From Tubulanus polymorphus (Eukaryota; Animalia; Nemertea), in the NCBI RefSeq assembly GCF_964204645.1, contig NC_134028.1:20025245-20089244 (forward strand): 64,000 nucleotides of DNA, given 5' to 3'. Of the stretch, positions 11,084-22,414 are shown piece after piece; within the stretch, counting starts at the first letter, position 1, and each line of letters begins with the position of its first letter. The notes below the pieces were generated by a model, which was given only the letters and a program-made list of their open reading frames with translations, had not been told where the DNA came from and did no database searches. Position numbers and translations under genes: made by a program.

Positions 11084-13235
11084 TGTCGGATGGATGGACA
11101 TATTGGTGTGTACCGGTCAACAGTGTCTGTAATCAAAGATGCCATTTGATATCTGTCGAATTTCTATGAAAGAGTACAAACAGAAATATAAACCGGCCTA
11201 TACAGGGTACAAATCAGAAGTTAAAACTAGGACAATGGCTAATTTGCAAATAAATTGGCTCGAATCAGGGTCCGACTTTAATTGTTTTCATGGCTTACCA
11301 AAGAGCGCGCTGATTTTCATGTTCAAATTTATTTCACATTCAAATGCAAACCCATTCATTCGATACTAAACAATGCTTGAAGAGACTCTAAAACGAGTCC
11401 ATACTTAAGCAAAGCGAAGTGACTGACTTCCAGAACCAGTTTAAATTAACACGCTCTAATTTGACTCGGCTTAATTTGATTCAGGTCTGGTCGGACTATT
11501 TGTTCGGGCAATTAGGCATGGGTCAATTTGGCGCCCATATCGTTTGTTGTTTGTTTTCGTCAGATCTCTCCGCCCTACCTTCAACTTATTTTTTATTATC
11601 CACGTATTTCAAATTCGATTTCTTCAACTTGTGTTTATTTTATACCCATGAAAAGCACACTGGTTACAATTTGCAGCAGTGCGCTATATAATGATGAGTA
11701 ATATTGATTATTAATATCAATATAAAATGTGAATTGGCAGTTGAAACATAATTGATTTGATCAACAATATAATTTGATGTAGACCTCCCAGCGTGAATCA
11801 ATCAAGAAAAAAATTTAACTAGTCGTCTCAGATCAAAACAAGAAAAAGGAAGATGCATTCTAATAACTGATTGCGATGTGAAGACTATATTAGGCTCATT
11901 ATTAGAACCTGTACTACAGCTATTTAACTTTCTAAAATTATTTGTCGCAGACCCTCAAATACAGTGTATATTAACAATCAAATTGCCTAAATATGTCTGG
12001 TTTCGTCGCTACAGTATACTATTTATTAAAAACAATTACATCAATATCATTTATGTAGACCTATCATTCTAAAAGCTCAGGTTTTTAGCGTTAGAGGTTT
12101 GGACGAATATTTATCCCAAAGTCAATATTTCGAATATCAGACCTAGGTCCATTTTCCTTCGTTTGACAGTCGGATGAATATTCCTCCCGAAGTCGATACT
12201 TTGAATATCAGAACTGAAGGTCAAATTCTCTTCGTTTGACCTTGGGAGGAATATTCCTCCCAAAGTCAATTATTTGAATATCAGACCCCTTGGTCAAGTT
12301 TCCATCGATTGACTTTGGGAGGATTATTCCTCCCACAGTCAATTTTCACAATAGCGGTCCTCTTAATTGGTGATGATCAATGAACGTGCGGCTCATATTT
12401 CTATTGTGTGCCTATCCGGTGTAACGCGCGACACGCTTACATAATCTTATCTGTAAATGTGAAGACCTCGGGGGCATTATGTTCTCTAAAGCCCGACATT
12501 ATCCCACATTCGGGACTGTGAATGGGTTGATTTTACGGCTGAGTCGACATGTTTCAACAATTTTTAACTGTTCATTTTTGAATATTTGAAGACTTATGAA
12601 CTAAAAATTACTTAAATTTTTGATACATTTTGAGAAAGTCACAAAACATTTGAGACTGCGTTACCGGAGTTTTCGACCGGAATGTCATATACATGACATG
12701 AACGTAAAGGGCGGTGCTCACGTGATTTTAAAGGGGGGTACTTCATTGGGGTGTTAGATTATAATTCCAAATGCGTGATCGATCCACAAGTAGTTAATCT
12801 TATGCTCGATTCAGGTAACATTCCATTATAATCAACGTAATCATTGAAACAAAATGAGAATCATACAATATTTCGGCTACTTTCTATACATAAAGGGTTA
12901 GTAACATATATTAGGAGGATTTAATGGATATTAGGTAGTCACGGAATCGGTCTTTGACTGAAAAATGGCGCTGATCTCCTTGATAATCTGTATAACCACC
13001 TCGTCCATAGATTAAGGGGTTAGGGGAAATTGGCTACCATCAAAAAACAAGCATTTCGCTCGAACGAAAAACGTGTCGTTCCCACGAGGAACTTTTCGTT
13101 AGAACGAAAAAAATGCCGTTCCCACGAAAACATTTCGTTCGAATGAAAAAGATTAACGAAATAATCTTGTAACACAATATGACGTTTGTCTAAATGATCG
13201 CTTGTTTGCTCGTGATGATCTAACGGGTGTGGATT

Positions 13236-13246
13236 CAATATGGCGG
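13236..13246 (+). promoter_or_regulatory. YY1-like motif at the LINE 5' end (candidate internal promoter element)
   Basis: CAATATGGCGG about 13 nt inside the inferred 5' end, resembling the CAAGATGGC site at the start of L1. Confidence 0.4.
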
Positions 13247-13677
13247 GTGCTGGTTCTTGAAATTTCTAGTGCTGCTAAAAACTCCGATTCTCGTCTGTCA
13301 GCGGTTGGAAATACAGTACCAAACGCGGTCAGTAGCGAGAACTCATAGGATACTACTGTACAACCGTGTTTCAGCGTCGTGGAAATTGAGTATGTACATT
13401 ATTTTCGATCGTAAAAGTTGTCGCAAATTGCTATAAATTTGAGTACTGGTGATATATAACCTGTGCACGACCGGTGAACCGTCACGCTCGAAGGATTACA
13501 ACCCGGAGTTTTGTGGTCTAACTGCGTAGTGTGTATTAACTCGTTGTGTAACACTTATTCGGCTGCTTGACGTGCGACTACAAAATGGAACGAAACAACC
13601 GATGCTCTGGTGATAAACCAGAATCAGACTTAGTATCAGATTTTGAATCTTTTATGTAAAGCTCAGTCGCTGACATC

Positions 13678-14901
13678 ATGAAGCGCTTGAATGATATTCA
13701 ACTTGAGCAGAAACAAATGACCGATAGTTTCGATTCTTTGAAAACCACAGTTCGTGTCCATGATACTGACATAAGTAGTATTAATGAAAAACTACAAAAC
13801 CAATCAAAAACTATCGACGAGCTCGCTGACTCGGTTCAATACACCAGCAAATCCTACGACGACCTTCAAAATGAAAATCAAAAGTTGATCTCAGACTTGA
13901 ACTTCACATCAGGGAAAGTAAACAGCCTCACCACAAGCCTTAAAGCCGCAAGGGCAGATATAAAAAAATTAGAAAGCCTCTGCATAGAGCTGCAGTGCCA
14001 AGTGAACTCAGGCCTCACTGCAAACTGCCCCGACCCACTAGACTGTGCAGAACTCTGCATTATCGTGAGCGACTTGAAGAAAGAATTCCAATCTGATCTC
14101 CAAAAAACATGCGAAGAAATGTTTGACTATCTTGGCCATAAACAAGCAATCACAGCTCACAAGCAATTGCCGATTAGAAATGGTCAGAGAAATCCGCTTG
14201 TAAAGGTCGCGTTGAAAACAAAAGCCATTAAAATCGATGTCTTGCGAAAGAAACATAATCTTAGAAAAAATCCTAAGTTCACTGATGTCTGGTTGAGATC
14301 AAGCCAATCACATGCGGAACGTCTCAATGACATAAACTTCCGAAGAGTTCTAGATTTCATACCAGAAGCCAAGAAAGAACTTAAAATAGCGAGTAATGGG
14401 CGATTGATAAGTCGCTCCGTGCCACATAGGCAACCGATAAACCGCAACGCGCCGGCTCAAAGAAACCGAACCCCAGCGACAGAGCCCGATGTCACCCCTG
14501 CCCGCGATGAAAGTAATGATGAAAAAAACCGAACCCCAGCGACAGAGCCCGATGTAACCCCTTCCCGTGATGAAAGTACTTTTTCTGGTTTTACGTTTCG
14601 AGCTTCACCTACCCTGCCACTTCAAGTTGCTGTTAATAATGATGCAACATCTGGTGCGAACGAAACAACCAGCCGCAAGGAATACGCCACACTGACCAAC
14701 TCTACGAAATCGCGCACCCGTAAAACCGTGCCTGCTGGAAATCGTAAACGGGATACCGTTAGACCCCCGGAAAAAAGAGCCAGAGTAGCGTCTGAACCTG
14801 AACAATCATCAGTAAACGAAGCGCTCCGAGACGCCAGGTTCGTCTTGGATATGGACAGTGGATTACATCTATCCCAACCGCTAGCAACAGCTCCAGAATA
14901 G
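13678..14901 (+). CDS. LINE ORF1p (coiled coil + RRM-like/basic region); ancestral start probably 13585
   Basis: 407-aa ORF with an N-terminal heptad pattern. In-frame ATG at 13585 is separated from it by a single TAA (13657-13659). Internal duplication NRTPATEPDVTP(A/S)RDES. Confidence 0.8.
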   Translation: MKRLNDIQLEQKQMTDSFDSLKTTVRVHDTDISSINEKLQNQSKTIDELADSVQYTSKSYDDLQNENQKLISDLNFTSGKVNSLTTSLKAARADIKKLESLCIELQCQVNSGLTANCPDPLDCAELCIIVSDLKKEFQSDLQKTCEEMFDYLGHKQAITAHKQLPIRNGQRNPLVKVALKTKAIKIDVLRKKHNLRKNPKFTDVWLRSSQSHAERLNDINFRRVLDFIPEAKKELKIASNGRLISRSVPHRQPINRNAPAQRNRTPATEPDVTPARDESNDEKNRTPATEPDVTPSRDESTFSGFTFRASPTLPLQVAVNNDATSGANETTSRKEYATLTNSTKSRTRKTVPAGNRKRDTVRPPEKRARVASEPEQSSVNEALRDARFVLDMDSGLHLSQPLATAPE

Positions 14902-17900
14902 GATTGCGCCGAGCCAGGAGAAATTAGTATCCTGTGTCTGAATATTTGTGGTTTGAAATCTAGATCATATACTCTAGAGTTTGATAGTTTATGCAAGTCA
15001 GCTGATATTTTAGTTTTTTCTGAAACCAAACTTGATGATTCCGATGAATTGTGGGTAAAAGAGTATTTTAAAAGTGTCGGTTACGAAGTAGTCATGAATA
15101 ACAGATCAAATCTAGCTATAAGGAAATCTGGGGGAATCCTGGTTGCTTTTAAGCAAAGTCTAAACAGATATATTAAAACTATTCATAAATCAACCAATAT
15201 CATTCAATGGATTGAAATTGATAAGAGATTCCTAGGGTGGAAAAAACATTTGTTAATTGGAGGAGTATATATTCCCCCAGAAACTAGTAGATATGGAAAT
15301 ATTAACTTATTCGATGAACTCGACACTGACGTTATAAACCGAATGAGTTCTACCGATGCTTATTTTTGTCTATGTGGCGATTTCAATGCCTACACAAAGC
15401 AGTTATTAGACTATTTACCCCATGACGAAATACTCATGGAATTCCTAGGCCTAGACGAAGTTTTTGTGGAAGATCGTCATAACCTTGATGCACTAAAAAT
15501 ACAAGGTCTACTCAATAGGAAAAACAAAGACTCCTCTATCAATAATTGGGGTTATCGTTTGTTAGACTTTTGTAAAAATCACAACATGTTCATTGCAAAT
15601 GGCAGATTAGGTAGGGATAAAGGAATCGGTGAGTACACGTGCATCAAAGGGGAAAATAACCATGTTATTGATTACTTTATTATGTCTCCCTATTTGTTGT
15701 CAAAATGCGTGAACTTCAATGTAAACGACTATGACCAAATGATTTCAGACGTACACTGTGCTGTTACGTGTTCCTTCTCTATTTCACACACGAGAAGTCC
15801 ATATACAAATGTACAAAACATGCCTAACATACCAGGTAAAATTAAATGGAACAGTGGTCGAAGCGATGTTTTTAGAGAGGCAATCAACCAAACCGAATTG
15901 AATAAAATAAATATCGAACTTCAAAATGATATAATAGACAGCGCCTGTGCGAATAAGCGTATATGCGACATTTTAAATAAGGCGGCAGGGGCCACAATGG
16001 GCCGAAGCCGGGTTAACTTTGACAAACCAAAAACTTTGTTACATGACTATAAAGTGAAACGAGACCGTAGAATTTATAGGAAAGCGAAAAGAAATTATAA
16101 AAGATATCGATCCGTCCAAAATAGAACTAATCTGAATTCGGCGTATAAGAGGTATAAAACATCGATAAAGATATCAAAACAAAAGAAAGTTAAATTGCAC
16201 AATGACCAAATAGGAAAGTTAGCAAAAGACGATCCAAAAGCTTTTTGGAAATATTTCCGAAAGGAAAAACCAAATGAATGTAAAGCGTCGCTAGATGATT
16301 TATTTGACCACTTTTCCGTCATTAACCAAAACCGTAGTGCAGAAAATGATAATCGTAATTTTTTCAATGTGAATGACTTCCTTCATGACCACAATGATGA
16401 TGCACTTAATAGGCTAATCACTGAGGGAGAAATATCTAAATGTATAAAATGCCTCAAAAATAATAAAGCCCCTGGAAACGACGAAATTTTAAACGAATTC
16501 CTCAAAACTGCAGAGAATGAAATCATGCCTACCCTCGTTTTGTTGTTTAACAATATTTTGAAAACTGGCTGCATTCCGGAAGAGTGGGCTGTAGGTATTA
16601 TCACTCCAATCTTTAAGAATAAGGGAGACCCTTCCAATCCGGATAACTACAGAGGAATTACTCTATTAAGCTGTATGAGCAAATTGTTTACGAGCCTGAT
16701 TAATAAACGTTTAGAGGAGTTTTTGATGGATAACCAATTACTGAATGAAAATCAAGCTGGATTTCGAAAAAATCGTAGTATCATGGACCATATTTTCACA
16801 TTGCATTCCCTTATAGATATTCTGACTAGTAATAAGCGGAAGCTTTACTGTATATTTATTGATTACCAAAAAGCATTCGATACAATATGGAGAAAAGCAC
16901 TGTGGCATAAATTAATTTTAACGGGAATTACAGGAAATATCCTCCGAGTGATTCATAACATGTATCAACATATTAAATCTAAGGTCAAGGTAAACGATCG
17001 ATTATCAGAAAGCATAGATAGTCAAATTGGGTTACGTCAAGGGGAAAATCTGTCACCAGTGCTTTTCTCCATATTTGTCAATGACCTCGAGTAGCATTGG
17101 GGTAGCCTTGGATACAGTATCTGACTTTAGATATTTGGGAGTACACTTTAATTATACTGGAAATTTCGCTTAATGCAAAAAAGATATCTGTGACCAAGCA
17201 AAAAAAGCACTATTTTTTGTTCTTAAAAAAGTACAGCAATACTCCCTAACTATAGACATTGCATTTAAAATTTTTGATGCAATGGTGGGATCGATCCTTA
17301 CCTTTGGTAGTGAAATATGGGGTTTCTCGAACTTAGATGCAATCGAGAAAATACACCTAATGTTCTGCAAATACTTATTGAAATTGAAACGTGCAACTCC
17401 AAATGCTATGGTTTATGGAGAATTAGGTCGTTTTCCTTTTGAAATACAAATAAAAGTCAGAATGGTTAAGTTTTGGGGACATCTGATCACAGAGAGCAAC
17501 ACTCATTCTAGTAAAATGTATCGTATCCTAATAAAAAATCATGTAAATGGTAAGACCAGTAAATGGATCACTTGTATTCAGTCTATCTTAGAAAACTGTG
17601 GTCTAGGTTACATTTGGTACGAACAATCTTTCCCGAATATCCGGTATTTATCAGAAACTGTTAAATTATGTTTACAAGATCAATTCAAACAGAAATGGCA
17701 CCAGACTATCGCAGCTTCAACAAAACTAGATACCTATAGCATTATTAAGCCGAATTGGGGGCGGGAAGTATGTTCATTAGCACTACCATTTGACCTCAGG
17801 ACAAATGTAATACGGTTTCGTTGCTCTAATCATAATCTACCGATTGAAACAAGAAGATATGAAAATATCCCCCGAAATGAACGACTTTGTACCAAATGTA

Positions 17901-18096
17901 ACCTAGGGCAAATCGGCGACGAATACCATTTTATAATGGAGTGTACTTTTTCGAAAGTTTAAGAAGTCGGTACATACCGCAACAAATAGTAACGTTTCCT
18001 AATATAAGAAAATTTATGAACCTTTTTACGTCAGAAAACCCAAACGTCCTAAGGAATCTTGCAGTTTTTATAAAAAAGGCACATAGCCTTATCTAG
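14902..18096 (+). pseudogene. LINE ORF2 (APE endonuclease + reverse transcriptase), disrupted
   Basis: APE motifs LNICGL, SET, GDFNA, IDY, SDVH. RT motifs KAPGND, NYRGITLL, QAGFR, FIDYQKAFD, GLRQGENLSP. Stop at 17092, YADD region deleted near 17100, stop at 17171, frameshift near 17950, final stop at 18096. Confidence 0.9.
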
Positions 18097-18777
18097 CCTC
18101 ACCTCATCGCTGTTCCTGGTATACACGAACTTTTCAAAATAACTTTTCAATTGTAAATATAACTAGTTATTGTATGACTAGCAACTGTTATTGTATAACT
18201 GCAAACTGTTTATTTTGTATGTATCCTGTGCTCGCAAAAAATGTACAATTTTCTGGAGCAATAAATTTAAATCTAATCTAATCTAATCTAATCTAAAACC
18301 GTGCTAGCGTTAGGGACAAGTGAACTGTGTGAACTCAAATATCAGCGTTTAAACATAATTTTGTCTCAACACCGTCCGGGGCTTAGTCAGACGGTACCCC
18401 TAGACTGCCTCAGTCCCTCCCGTTTTTGCAATTTTTAATCATGCAGATTTTCGGCAAATTCAAAATGTGGCAGAAACTTCTAGACATGACTTGTATTGTT
18501 TCCTATAGAGAGGGGATTTGATTAAACCTATCATTGTCATCTAATTGATACGAATAATTAATGGTGGATTTGAATATAACCTAGGTACAATATATATAAC
18601 TGAGGTACATACAAAGTTGCTATCCCACCAGATGGCCTGACGAGCAGTAGGTTTCCGCTGTCAAAATAAGTTCATTTTCAATCTTTGAACTAAATTTTAG
18701 ACTCCCTAATCCATATGTTATCACAGCGCCCATCAAATATATAAAACTTTCATTCTTCAAATTGAACGACTTCTCAT

Positions 18778-20106
18778 AGTCATATTGGTCTCAAGCAGGG
18801 AGATAATCTATCCCCACTACTTTTTAGTCTATATGTAAACGACCTTGAAAACTTTCTATTGAGTAAAGGCTGTCAAAGTGTATGTATTGATAATAATGAT
18901 GAGGTAAATTTCTGGTTGAGACTTTTAGTGCTTTTGTATGCAGACGATACCCTTATTTTATCTGACTCGATGGAAGGCCTACAATTAGCACTTGATTCTT
19001 TGTCTGAATATTGTGACCTATGGAAATTGAAAATCAACCCAGCAAAGACTAAAATACTAATAATCCAAAAAAGAAAAACAAGATTAAAACCAACTTTTTT
19101 TATACACCAACATGAAGTCGAAGTTGTTGACGAATTTGTCTACTTAGGAATATTATTTAATTACACTGGTACATTTGCAAAATGTCGAAAGAAAATTGGG
19201 GAAAGTGCAAATAAAGCTCTATTTTTTGTCTTGAAAAAGGTCCAACAGTACTCTTTAGATACAGACGTAGGTTTAGAACTTTTTGATGCTATGGTCGAAC
19301 CAATCCTTACGTATGCATGTGAAATATGGGGTTACGAATCAACTGCTATTTTAGAGAAATACCACCAGCGTTTTTGTAAATATTTACTACATCTAAACCG
19401 GTCTACCCCAAATTATATGGTCTATGGTGAATTAGGTAGAACCCCGCTTGCGAAAATCATCAAGAGTAAAATGGTTAAGTTCTGGGCAAAGCTTTTATGG
19501 AATGATGTATCGACATTATCGGGTCAAATGTATAAAATGCTTTTTAATATGCACTTGCTCCATGGAAAAACAACCAAGTGGTTAAGTTATATAAAATGCA
19601 CCCTAGAAGAGTGTGGTTTAATGAACTACTGGGTAAATCACGAGCGAGTTAATCCTGAACTTATTGGTGAATTGATCAAACAGCGTCTTCAAGACCAATT
19701 TACTCAAAAATGGAGGGCCGATTGCCGTAACAGCTCAAAAGGACTAATGTATTCTATGATCAAAACTGAACTAAAGTTCGAACCATATTTGCATGACCTC
19801 CCTATTTCATTGCGACGCACATTGTGCCGGTTTAGATGTAGTAATCACAATCTACCGATTGAAACCGGTAGATATAGTAATACACCTCAAAACCAGAGAT
19901 TTTGTTTAAAATGCAACCAAAATGTAATTGGAAATGAATATCACTTTTTATTTGAATGTCCAGAATATACAATTCTAAGATCACAGTGCTTACCACAATT
20001 CTGTTTAACAAGACCTAGTCATTATAAACTGATAACCCTTTTCAATTCCCCAAAAAATACTCTTGTCAAATTATGTAAGTTTCTGAAGCAGCCTTTGAAC
20101 CTTTGA
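18778..20106 (+). mobile_element. 5'-truncated second LINE copy (related RTEX-like subfamily), RT C-half with intact YADD
   Basis: Open frame from HIGLKQGDNLSP through LYADD, FVYLGI and RCSNHNLPIETGR..CLKC..EYHFLFEC to stop at 20106. Clearly diverged from the first LINE. Confidence 0.9.
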
Positions 20107-20116
20107 TATATATATG

Positions 20117-20451
20117 AGGTCGCCATGTTCATTTTTGATCCGCCGCTCTGATTGGCTGAAATTAGTTGTGGAGTCGGCAACTCATCGCAGAAACACGCAC
20201 ATCGACGACGACGAGTCGGCGACTGGTTCCGTCGCGTCGTAGAAGTAGAACATGTTCAACTCCTGCGATTCAGTCGCCGATCGTGAAAAACTGTCGCACG
20301 ACAGTCGTATAGCTAGACTCAGATCGACTAGAATCGGCGACGAAAATCGTGCGACGATCGGCAGTAGTCGCCGGAAAACCAGTCGCCGATCAGTTGAGTC
20401 GCGTCGGAAGGTCGATCTGAGCCCCCTTTTATACGTGTGACGCAAGCATAA
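20117..20451. mobile_element. PIF/Harbinger-type MITE remnant
   Basis: GC-rich GTCGCCGA/TCGGCGAC fold-back repeats, central AGTAGAACATGTTCAACT, terminus GTGTGACGCAAGCATAA. The same terminus GTGACGCAAGCATAA recurs at 41439-41453. Confidence 0.6.
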
Positions 20452-20589
20452 ACGCAGGTTGTCTGATAATAGCGACACTGGCCATGAACTCCAGTTTCCG
20501 TACATTACTTGTTGCTATAGTTTAACCACTGAAATAACTGAAGCTCAATAATATTCCTGAAAGCCCATAAATATAATTCATGAAAGCCG

Positions 20590-21995
20590 CATAATAGATC
20601 CAGTTCTGGACCTACTTCTACAGTTTTTGACCAAGTTCCACACTTCTAGACTTGTTTCTAGGATCCATTTACACTGTCCTGGACAAAGTACCTAAGTTCA
20701 GTTGAATTTGACTCAAGAGTTAAAATGAGTTTATCTTTTATGGGTTTAGTTAAAATGAGTTTATTATCAATAATTTTGACTCTTTTGTGGAATTGTGGAT
20801 CGAAAATGTAAAACCTCCATCGTCCTTCAAATTTCCAGCAATATACAGTAGAAAAACAGATGCAGACAGATTAAACAAAGCAGAAATAATCGAATCTCGA
20901 TCCTGTAAATAGTTGGTATTAGATCTACTGAGTGGGATGTTTAATGTGAAGCCGTTCAGCAACTTCTGATCAAATATTATTCAGCCCAAAATATGTATAA
21001 AACTCGCATGATTCAATCGACAACTGAAACATTCGTCAGTCGCTTTGATATCACGTTAAATCTCAACACACATTAAACAGGTAAGATCACTCATGATATC
21101 TGTAGTTCTGAAACAGCCGGGGACCAGTCTCCAGTTCTGACACTGCCGGAAACCAGTCTCTATTTCTATGATCTGATTACAGTTTTCCGGAGACAACATG
21201 AAATTGATCAGTTTTTTGGTGGTTTTTCTGGCGGTTTTCTGGGTTTCAACCGATGCCATTGATGAAAGCACATGTCGCAAGGTAAACATCTGTCTATAAA
21301 GAGAAAACGCTGTATAGTCAAAAAGCGTTTTTTCAATCCTATCACGTGTGTTAATCCATCGCAGCTACACTCACTATAACCTCTTAATATTCTTATAATC
21401 TCAGTATTGTATTTAAAGGGCTTTCCGGGAAATAGCAGTTTCAATTATGTGTTTGGTTTCATCGACAGGTATCATCTCTTGCTGTCGAACATTACGGCAA
21501 GGCCATATCGGGACCACTGAGCAAATTAGATTGCGAAACTATCGTCAACAGCAAGATCTTGGACGATCTAAAGTTAAAAGGTTCACAACTACCTAGCGTT
21601 TTGGCGAAAGTATTTCAGTCAAAACAAGGCAAATCGCTGATTATCGATTACGTAAGAAAAAATGCCAAAGATCTAAGAAACAATTTGAAATCTCTGAAAA
21701 ATGCATTGAAAAAAAATAAAGAAAACTAGAAAAAGTATTTAGAAATGATGGATAATTTGACCGGCATCGCATTATACTAGAAGATGTATGTTCTAATTCT
21801 GTAGGTTTCGCGTTTCCTTGTTCTATACGATTCAAATTTGTATCAGTGCTTGAAAATACAAATAAATAATTCTTTTAGCATTAGAAATGAATTTAGTGAT
21901 GTATTGATTTCATTGACGATTCGCAGTTTACAGTTCTCCAGAAAGGGGTGTGCGGATATTACTTACAAGTACCCGGGAACCTCTTAGCAGGTGAT
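20590..21995 (+). repeat. Modular interspersed repeat, distal part of copy 3
   Basis: Minisatellite units at 20597-20690, then direct homology to 4270-4835 and 5130-5470. Confidence 0.85.
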
Positions 21996-22019
21996 ACTTA
22001 CGAGCTTCCAGTTGTTTCA

Positions 22020-22292
22020 GACGGTGTCCAATACATAGGACAAGTTTATATTGCCGTAACGCCACCTAGCATGTAATAAGAAGAGTTTTTCGTCCCAGCA
22101 GCTAGTACCACTGTAACCCTAGTGGTTCTTAAGAGACGGCCAAGGCCTTTTTATAGGTTGTTAAGGCTCACAACCTGACAGAGTTACCAGAGCTGAGTCC
22201 ATGCATGTGTCTCGACAGCCAACGCCAGGTGGTTTCGATCTAGGGACCTCTTGGTTCCCAGTCCTCCACTCAAACAACTGCATGAGACCCCA
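22020..22292 (-). mobile_element. tRNA-derived SINE (degenerate)
   Basis: Minus strand GCAGTTGTTTGAGTGGAGGACTGGGAACCAAGAGGTCCCTAGATCGAAACC resembles a tRNA A-box/anticodon/B-box head and is followed by a non-tRNA body. Confidence 0.5.
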
Positions 22293-22414
22293 ATCCCAAC
22301 AATAACAAGTAATTCGGTTCATCTGGATAAGAAAAAAACAAATTAAGCAGTTTAGAAACGCCAGAAAAAAAGATATGACTTTCAACTTGACATGTTCAGT
22401 AAGAGAGCTGATAC

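Larger units (their letters stand above)
6117..12662. mobile_element. Non-autonomous long-TIR (foldback-like) DNA transposon, unclassified
   Basis: ~490-bp TIRs (6117-~6605 and ~12176-12662) differ at only about 6-7 positions by eye. No long internal ORF. It interrupts a copy of the modular repeat. No clean TSD. Confidence 0.85.
13224..18290 (+). mobile_element. Full-length but decayed non-LTR retrotransposon (APE-RT LINE, RTEX-like)
   Basis: ORF1 plus APE/RT ORF2. C-terminal R-x-S-x-H-x-L-x-IE-x-x-R...CxxC...E-x-HF-x-x-x-C motif. AATAAA at 18260 and (ATCTA)n tail. TSD ATCTAA (13218-13223, 18291-18296). Host repeat resumes on both sides. Confidence 0.9.

Noticed and set aside
18637-18666. 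CTGACGA followed by a weak stem (hammerhead-like)
   Set aside because: No GAAA after the stem and no stem I.
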